Origin: a virus
Lineage: Duplodnaviria > Heunggongvirae > Uroviricota > Caudoviricetes
IMG/VR virus record: IMGVR_UViG_2648501235_000001
Location: 1-33,554 of that record
DNA: 33,554 nt
Strand: one strand, 5' to 3'
In this document: one piece after another, positions 27,759 through 33,554 of the stretch
How the letters are laid out: each line of letters begins with the position of its first letter
How positions within the stretch are numbered: position 1 is the first letter of the stretch
The notes under the pieces: model-generated
Databases searched by the model: none
What the model saw: the letters and a program-made list of their open reading frames with translations, nothing else
Told to the model about the DNA's origin: nothing
Translations under genes and position numbers: made by a program

Positions 27759-28292
27759 ATGGCCATAAAAGGTCTTGAGCAGGCCGTTGAAAACCTCAGC
27801 CGTATCAGCAAAACGGCAGTGCCCGGTGCCTCCGCAATGGTCATTAACCGCGTGGCCACAACGGCAATGAATCAGTCGGCGTCACAGGTTGCCCGTGAGA
27901 CAAAGGTGCGGCGAAAACTGGTAAAGGAAAGGGCCAGACTGAAAAAGGCCACGGTCAAAAATCCGCACGTAAAAATCATTGTTAACCGCGGTGATTTACC
28001 TGTCATCAAACTGGGGATACGGATCACCGGAAGTCGTCCCAACAGTACGCTACGGGCCGGTCAGCATCGTTATCAGCGGGCATTTATCCAGCGATTAAAA
28101 AATGGTCGCTGGCATGTCATGCAGCGTGTGGCCGGGAAAAACCGTTACCCCATTGATGTGGTGAAAATCCCGATGGCGGTGCCGCTGACCACGGCGTTTA
28201 AACAGAATATTGAACAGATACGGCGTGAACGTTTGCCGAAAGAACTGGAATACGCCCTGAAACAACAACTGAGGATTGCGATAAAGCGATGA
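27759..28292 (+). CDS. Z: Tail completion protein Z
   Basis: MAIKGLEQAVENLSRISKTAVPGA...NGRWHVMQRVAGKNRYPIDVVKIPMAVPLTTAFKQNIE..., lambda gpZ-like. Confidence 0.9.
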   Translation: MAIKGLEQAVENLSRISKTAVPGASAMVINRVATTAMNQSASQVARETKVRRKLVKERARLKKATVKNPHVKIIVNRGDLPVIKLGIRITGSRPNSTLRAGQHRYQRAFIQRLKNGRWHVMQRVAGKNRYPIDVVKIPMAVPLTTAFKQNIEQIRRERLPKELEYALKQQLRIAIKR

Positions 28293-28684
28293 AACATACT
28301 GAACTCCGTGCAGCCGTACTGGATGCACTGGAGAAGCATGACACCGGGGCGACGCTTTTTGATGGTCGCCCCGCTGTTTTTGATGAGGCGGATTTTCCGG
28401 CAGTTGCCGTTTATCTCACCGGCGCTGAATACACGGGCGAAGAGCTGGACAGCGATACCTGGCAGGCGGAGCTGCATATTGAAGTTTTCCTGCCTGCTCA
28501 GGTGCCGGATTCAGAGCTGGATGCGTGGATGGAGTCCCGGATTTATCCGGTGATGAGCGATATCCCGGCACTGTCAGATTTGATCACCAGTATGGTGGCC
28601 AGTGGCTATGACTACCGGCGCGACGATGATGCGGGCCTGTGGAGTTCAGCCGATCTGACTTATGTCATTACCTATGAAATGTGA
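28289..28684 (+). CDS. U: Tail terminator protein U
   Basis: [67 protein letters not shown]..., lambda gpU. Confidence 0.9.
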   Translation: MKHTELRAAVLDALEKHDTGATLFDGRPAVFDEADFPAVAVYLTGAEYTGEELDSDTWQAELHIEVFLPAQVPDSELDAWMESRIYPVMSDIPALSDLITSMVASGYDYRRDDDAGLWSSADLTYVITYEM

Positions 28685-28691
28685 GGACGAT

Positions 28692-29432
28692 ATGCCAACA
28701 CCAAATCCTCTGGCACCGGTGAAAGGGGCCGGGACCACCCTGTGGGTTTATAAGGGGAACGGTGACCCTTATGCGAACCCGCTTTCAGACGTTGACTGGT
28801 CGCGTCTGGCAAAAGTTAAAGAACTGACGCCCGGCGAACTGACCGCAGAGTCCTATGACGACAGTTATCTCGATGATGAAGATCCGGACTGGGCCGCGAC
28901 CGGGCAGGGGCAGAAATCCGCCGGAGATACCAGCTTCACGCTGGCGTGGATGCCCGGAGAGCAGGGGCAGCAGGCGCTGCTGGCGTGGTTTAATGAAGGC
29001 GATACCCGTGCCTATAAAATCCGCTTCCCGAACGGCACGGTCGATGTGTTCCGTGGCTGGGTCAGCAGTATCGGTAAGGCAGTGACGGCGAAGGAAGTGA
29101 TCACCCGTACGGTGAAGGTCACCAATGTGGGCCGTCCGTCAATGGCAGAAGATCGCAGCACGGTGACAGCGGCAACCGGCATGACGGTAACGCCAGCCAG
29201 TGCTTCCGTAGTGAAAGGGCAGAGCACCACGCTGACCGTGGCATTCCAGCCGGAAGGCGCAACCGACAAGAGCTTCCGTGCGGTGTCAGCGGATAAAACA
29301 AAAGCCACCGTGTCGGTCAGTGGTATGACCATCACCGTGAAGGGCGTTGCTGCAGGCAAGGTCAACATTCCGGTCGTATCCGGTAATGGTGAGTTTGCTG
29401 CGGTTGCAGAAATCAACGTCACCGACAGCTAA
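28692..29432 (+). CDS. V: Major tail tube protein V (with C-terminal Ig-like domain)
   Basis: ATG at 28692 ([22 protein letters not shown]...), lambda gpV-like; C-terminal ...[39 protein letters not shown] is the Big-2-like domain. Confidence 0.9.
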   Translation: MPTPNPLAPVKGAGTTLWVYKGNGDPYANPLSDVDWSRLAKVKELTPGELTAESYDDSYLDDEDPDWAATGQGQKSAGDTSFTLAWMPGEQGQQALLAWFNEGDTRAYKIRFPNGTVDVFRGWVSSIGKAVTAKEVITRTVKVTNVGRPSMAEDRSTVTAATGMTVTPASASVVKGQSTTLTVAFQPEGATDKSFRAVSADKTKATVSVSGMTITVKGVAAGKVNIPVVSGNGEFAAVAEINVTDS

Positions 29433-29447
29433 TCCGGAGAGTCAGCG

Positions 29448-29870
29448 ATGTTCCTGAAAACCGAATCATTTGAACATAACGGCGTGACCGTCACGCTTTC
29501 TGAACTGTCAGCCCTGCAGCGTATTGAGCATCTTGCCTGGTTGAAAGAGCAGGAAAAAAAGGCTGAATCCAGTGGCAACCTGCAGGTGTCTGTAGAGGAT
29601 CTTATCAGAGGCGGGGCGTTTCTGGTGGCGATGTCTCTGTGGCATAACCATCCGCAGAAAACAAAGCTGCCGTCCATGAATGAAGCCATTACGCAGATTG
29701 AGCAGGAAGTGCTTACCACCTGGCCCACGGAGGCAATTGCTCAGGCTGAAAACGTGGTGTTACGTCTGTCCGGAATGTCTGAGTTTGTTGTGAATAATGC
29801 CCCTGAACAGACAGATGACGCCGGGCCTGCAGAGCCTGTTTCTGCGGGAAAGTGTTCGACGGTGAGCTGA
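29448..29870 (+). CDS. G: Tail assembly chaperone G
   Basis: MFLKTESFEHNGVTVTLSELSALQRIEHLAWLKEQ..., lambda gpG-like; contains the slippery site near its 3' end. Confidence 0.9.
   Translation: MFLKTESFEHNGVTVTLSELSALQRIEHLAWLKEQEKKAESSGNLQVSVEDLIRGGAFLVAMSLWHNHPQKTKLPSMNEAITQIEQEVLTTWPTEAIAQAENVVLRLSGMSEFVVNNAPEQTDDAGPAEPVSAGKCSTVS
29846..29852 (+). other. Programmed -1 ribosomal frameshift slippery heptamer GGGAAAG (G to G-T fusion)
   Basis: GGGAAAG at 29846-29852, 6 codons before the G stop; the -1 frame continues as the T reading frame to 30286, as for lambda G/GT. Confidence 0.8.
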
Positions 29871-30286
29871 GTTTTGCCCTGAAACTGGCGCGTGAGATGG
29901 GGCGACCCGACTGGCGCGCCATGCTTGCCGGGATGTCATCCACGGAGTATGCCGACTGGCACCGCTTTTACAGTACCCATTATTTTCATGATGTTCTGCT
30001 GGATATGCACTTTTCCGGGCTGACGTACACCGTGCTCAGCCTGTTTTTCAGCGATCCGGATATGCATCCGCTGGATTTCAGTCTGCTGAGCCGGCGTGAG
30101 GCTGACGAAGAGCCTGAAGATGATGTGCTGATGCAGAAAGCGGCAGGGCTTGCCGGAGGCGTTCGTTTTGGCCCTGACGGGAATGAAGTTATCCCCGCTT
30201 CCCCGGATGTGGCGGACATGACGGAGGATGACGTAATGCTGATGACAGTATCAGAAGGGATCGCAGGAGGAGTCCGGTATGGCTGA
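29852..30286 (+). CDS. T: T portion of the tail assembly chaperone G-T frameshift fusion
   Basis: -1 frame ORF ...ELSFALKLAREMGRPDWRAMLAGMSSTEYADWHRFYSTHYFHDVLLDMHFSGLTYTVLSL..., lambda gpT-like; has no independent start, being expressed only as G-T. Confidence 0.8.
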   Translation: MFDGELSFALKLAREMGRPDWRAMLAGMSSTEYADWHRFYSTHYFHDVLLDMHFSGLTYTVLSLFFSDPDMHPLDFSLLSRREADEEPEDDVLMQKAAGLAGGVRFGPDGNEVIPASPDVADMTEDDVMLMTVSEGIAGGVRYG

Positions 30287-32858
30287 ACCGGTAGGTGATC
30301 TGGTCGTTGATTTGAGTCTGGATGCGGCCAGATTTGACGAGCAGATGGCCAGAGTCAGGCGTCATTTTTCCGGTACGGAAAGTGATGCGAAAAAAACAGC
30401 GGCAGTCGTTGAACAGTCGATGAACCGACAGGCGCTGGCTGCACAGAAAGCGGGGATTTCCGTCGGGCAGTATAAAGCTGCCATGCGTATGCTGCCTGCG
30501 CAGTTCACCGACGTGGCCACGCAGCTTGCAGGCGGGCAAAGTCCGTGGCTGATCCTGCTGCAACAGGGCGGTCAGGTGAAGGACTCCTTCGGCGGGATGA
30601 TCCCCATGTTCAGGGGGCTTGCCGGTGCGATCACCCTGCCGATGGTTGGTATCACTTCGCTAGCGGTGGCGACCGGTGCGCTGGCGTATGCCTGGTATCA
30701 GGGTGACTCAACCCTGTCTAATTTCAACAAAACGCTGGTCCTTTCCGGTAATCAGGCGGGACTGACGGCAGATCGTATGCTGGCCCTGTCCAGATCCGGG
30801 CAGGCGGCAGGGCTGACGTTTAACCAGACCAGCGAGTCACTGACGGCGCTGGTGAATGCCGGTGTGCGTGGTGGTGAGCAGTTTGAGGCAATCAGCCAGA
30901 GTGTGGCGCGTTTCTCCTCTGCATCCGGCGTGGAGGTGGACAAGGTCGCTGAAGCCTTCGGGAAGCTGACCACTGACCCGACGTCTGGGTTGACGGCGAT
31001 GGCGCGCCAGTTCCATAACGTGACGGCGGAACAGATTGCGTATGTTGCTCAGTTGCAGCGTTCCGGCGATGGGGCCGGGGCGTTGCAGGCGGCGAACGAG
31101 GCCGCAACGAAAGGGTTTGATGACCAGACCCGCCGCCTGAAAGAGAACATGGGTACGCTGGAGACCTGGGCTGACAAGACTGCACAGGCATTCAAATCCA
31201 TGTGGGATGCGGTGCTGGATATTGGCCGCCCGGACTCCTCTGCAGATATGCTCGCCAAAGCTGAAAAGGCTTTTGATGAAGCGGATAAAAAATGGCAGTG
31301 GTATCAGAGCCGAAGCCACCGGCGCGGTAAAACCTCAGCATTTCTTGCCAATCTCCGTGGAGCATGGGAGGACAGAGTGAATGCGCAACTTGGGCTTTCA
31401 GCCGCCACGTTGAAGGCCGATCTTGAAAAGGCCAGAGAGATGGCAGCAAAGGACTGGGCCGACTCTGAGGCATCACGGCTGAAATATACCGAAGAGGCGC
31501 AGAAGGCTTACGAACGCCTGCAGACGCCGCTGGAGAAATATACCGCCCGTCAGGAAGAACTGAACAAGGCACTGAAGGACGGGAAAATCCTGCAGGCAGA
31601 TTACAACACGCTGATGGCGGCGGCGAAAAAGGACTATGAAGCGACGCTGAAAAAGCCGAAGCACTCCGGCGTGAAGGTGTCTGCGGGCGATCGTCAGGAA
31701 GACAGTGCTCATGCTGCCCTTCTGACGCTTCAGGCAGAACTCCGGACGCTGGAGAAGCATGCCGGAGCGAATGAGAAAATCAGCCAGCAGCGCCGGGATT
31801 TGTGGAAGGCGGAGAATCAGTTCGCGGTACTGGAGGAGGCGGCGCAACGTCGCCAGCTGTCTGCACAGGAGAAATCCCTGCTGGCGCATAAAGATGAGAC
31901 GCTGGAGTACAAGCGCCAGCTGGCTGCACTTGGCGACAAGGTTACGTATCAGGAGCACCTGAACGCGCTGGCGCAGCAGGCGGATAAATTCGCACAGCAG
32001 CAACGGGCAAAACGGGCCGCCATTGATGCGAAAAGCCGGGGGCTGACTGACCGGCAGGCAGAACGGGAAGGCACGGAACAGCGCCTGAAGGAGGAGTATG
32101 GCGATAATCCGCTGGCGCTGAATAACGTCATGTCAGAGCAGAAAAAGACCTGGGCGGCTGAAGACCAGCTTCGTGGGAGCTGGATGGCAGGCCTGAAGTC
32201 CGGCTGGAGTGAGTGGGAAGAGAGCGCCACGGACAGTATGTCGCAGGTTAAAAGTGCAGCCACGCAGACCTTTGATGGTATTGCACAGAATATGGCGGCG
32301 ATGCTGACCGGCAGTGAACAGAACTGGCGCAGCTTCACCCGTTCCGTGCTGTCCATGATGACAGAAATTCTGCTTAAGCAGGCAATGGTGGGGATTGTCG
32401 GGAGTATCGGCAGCGCCATTGGAGGTGCTACCGGTGGCGGCTCATCAGCGTCAGGTGGTGCAGCCATTCAGGCCGCTGCGGCGAAACTCCATTTTGCGAC
32501 CGGAGGATTTACGGGAACCGGCGGCAAATATGAGCCAGCGGGGATTGTTCACCGTGGTGAATTTGTCTTCACGAAGGAGGCAACCAGCCGGATTGGCGTG
32601 GGGAATCTTTACCGGCTGATGCGCGGCTATGCCACCGGCGGTTATGTCGGTACACCGGGCAGCATGGCGGACAGTCGGTCGCAGGCGTCCGGGAAGTTTG
32701 AGCAGAATAACCATGTGGTGATTAACAACGACGGCACGAACGGTCAGATAGGGCCACAGGCGCTGAAGGCGGTTTATGACGTAGCCCGTAAGGCGGCAAT
32801 GGATGTTGTGACCGGGCAGATGCGTGATGGTGGTCTGTTCTCCGGAGGTGGACGATGA
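30279..32858 (+). CDS. H: Tail tape-measure protein H
   Basis: 859 aa; lambda gpH-like N-terminus MAEPVGDLVVDLSLDAARFDEQMARVRRHFSGTESDAKKTAAVVEQSMNRQALAAQKAG...; long coiled-coil central region. Confidence 0.95.
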   Translation: MAEPVGDLVVDLSLDAARFDEQMARVRRHFSGTESDAKKTAAVVEQSMNRQALAAQKAGISVGQYKAAMRMLPAQFTDVATQLAGGQSPWLILLQQGGQVKDSFGGMIPMFRGLAGAITLPMVGITSLAVATGALAYAWYQGDSTLSNFNKTLVLSGNQAGLTADRMLALSRSGQAAGLTFNQTSESLTALVNAGVRGGEQFEAISQSVARFSSASGVEVDKVAEAFGKLTTDPTSGLTAMARQFHNVTAEQIAYVAQLQRSGDGAGALQAANEAATKGFDDQTRRLKENMGTLETWADKTAQAFKSMWDAVLDIGRPDSSADMLAKAEKAFDEADKKWQWYQSRSHRRGKTSAFLANLRGAWEDRVNAQLGLSAATLKADLEKAREMAAKDWADSEASRLKYTEEAQKAYERLQTPLEKYTARQEELNKALKDGKILQADYNTLMAAAKKDYEATLKKPKHSGVKVSAGDRQEDSAHAALLTLQAELRTLEKHAGANEKISQQRRDLWKAENQFAVLEEAAQRRQLSAQEKSLLAHKDETLEYKRQLAALGDKVTYQEHLNALAQQADKFAQQQRAKRAAIDAKSRGLTDRQAEREGTEQRLKEEYGDNPLALNNVMSEQKKTWAAEDQLRGSWMAGLKSGWSEWEESATDSMSQVKSAATQTFDGIAQNMAAMLTGSEQNWRSFTRSVLSMMTEILLKQAMVGIVGSIGSAIGGATGGGSSASGGAAIQAAAAKLHFATGGFTGTGGKYEPAGIVHRGEFVFTKEATSRIGVGNLYRLMRGYATGGYVGTPGSMADSRSQASGKFEQNNHVVINNDGTNGQIGPQALKAVYDVARKAAMDVVTGQMRDGGLFSGGGR

Positions 32859-33184
32859 AAACCTTCCGCTGGAAAGTGAAACCGGGTATGGATGTGGCTT
32901 CGACTCCTTCCGTCAGGGAGGTGCGCTTTGGTGATGGTTACTCCCAGCGCGCGCCTGCCGGGCTGAATGCCAACCTGAAAACGTACAGCGTGACGATTTC
33001 TGTCCCCCGTTGGGAGGCCACGGCGCTGGAATCGTTTCTGGCAGAGCACGGAGGCTGGAAAGCCTTTCTGTGGACGCCGCCTTATGACTGGCGGCAGATA
33101 AAGGTGACCTGCGCAAAATGGACGTCGCGGGTCAGTATGCTGCGTGTTGAGTTCAGCGCAGAGTTTAAACAGGTGGTGAACTGA
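32855..33184 (+). CDS. M: Minor tail protein M
   Basis: MKTFRWKVKPGMDVASTPSVREVRFGDGYSQRAPAGLNANLKTYSVTISVPRWEATALESFLAEHGGWKAFLWTPPYDW..., lambda gpM-like. Confidence 0.9.
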   Translation: MKTFRWKVKPGMDVASTPSVREVRFGDGYSQRAPAGLNANLKTYSVTISVPRWEATALESFLAEHGGWKAFLWTPPYDWRQIKVTCAKWTSRVSMLRVEFSAEFKQVVN

Positions 33185-33554
33185 TGCAGGATATCCGGCA
33201 GGAAACACTGAATGAATGCACCCGTGCGGAGCAGTCGGCCAGCGTGGTGCTCTGGGAAATCGATCTGACAGAGGTCGGTGGTGAACGTTATTTTTTCTGT
33301 AATGAGCAGAACGAAAAAGGTGAGCCGGTCACCTGGCAGGGGCGGCAGTATCTGGCGTATCCCATTCAGGGGAGTGGTTTTGAACTGAATGGCAAAGGCA
33401 CCAGTACGCGCCCCACGCTGGCAGTCTCTAACCTGTACGGCATGGTCACCGGGATGGTGGAAGATCTGCAGAGTCTGGTCGGCGGAACGGTGGTCAGGCG
33501 TAAGGTTTACGCCCGTTTTCTGGATGCGGTGAACTTCGTCAACGGAAACAGCGA
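33184..33554 (+). CDS. L: Minor tail protein L (5' partial; runs off the window end)
   Basis: ATG at 33184 overlapping the M stop; MQDIRQETLNECTRAEQSASVVLWEIDLTEVGGERYFFCNEQNEKGEPVTWQGRQYLAYPIQGSGFELNGKG..., lambda gpL-like. Confidence 0.85.
   Translation, partial: MQDIRQETLNECTRAEQSASVVLWEIDLTEVGGERYFFCNEQNEKGEPVTWQGRQYLAYPIQGSGFELNGKGTSTRPTLAVSNLYGMVTGMVEDLQSLVGGTVVRRKVYARFLDAVNFVNGNS

Overview
This window is a near-complete mosaic lambdoid prophage in prophage (int-first) order. Left to right: the right end of an IS50-family insertion sequence (1-98); the att P' arm; int-xis; a leftward early operon with a putative SSAP + SSB recombination module and small accessory genes; a P22-type N with nutL; pL/oL; an AT-rich single-pass membrane protein in the rexAB slot; a CI-type repressor; oR; cro-nutR-cII; an O-type initiator with internal ori iterons plus a DnaB-family helicase; a nin region (ninB, ninE, ninF, Rha/KilAC-like protein, ybcO-like, rusA, ninH); lambda-type Q and pR'; an AT-rich multi-pass membrane protein and a gene-poor structured spacer; a phage-21-type lysis cassette (pinholin, SAR endolysin, Rz/Rz1); a second Rha-family gene; cos; and lambda-type Nu1-A-W-B-C/Nu3-D-E-FI-FII-Z-U-V-G/GT-H-M-L (L truncated). 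No rRNA, tRNA or CRISPR array was seen. The best candidates for undescribed biology are the two uncharacterised membrane-protein cargo genes at the classic lysogen-expression hotspots (7455-8354 and 15948-16664). Secondary candidates are a secreted LprI/DUF1311-like protein, tandem acidic paralogs in the early-left operon, and an SSB with a C-terminal extension beyond DDDIPF. All family assignments are from motif recognition and recalled reference sequences, not database searches.
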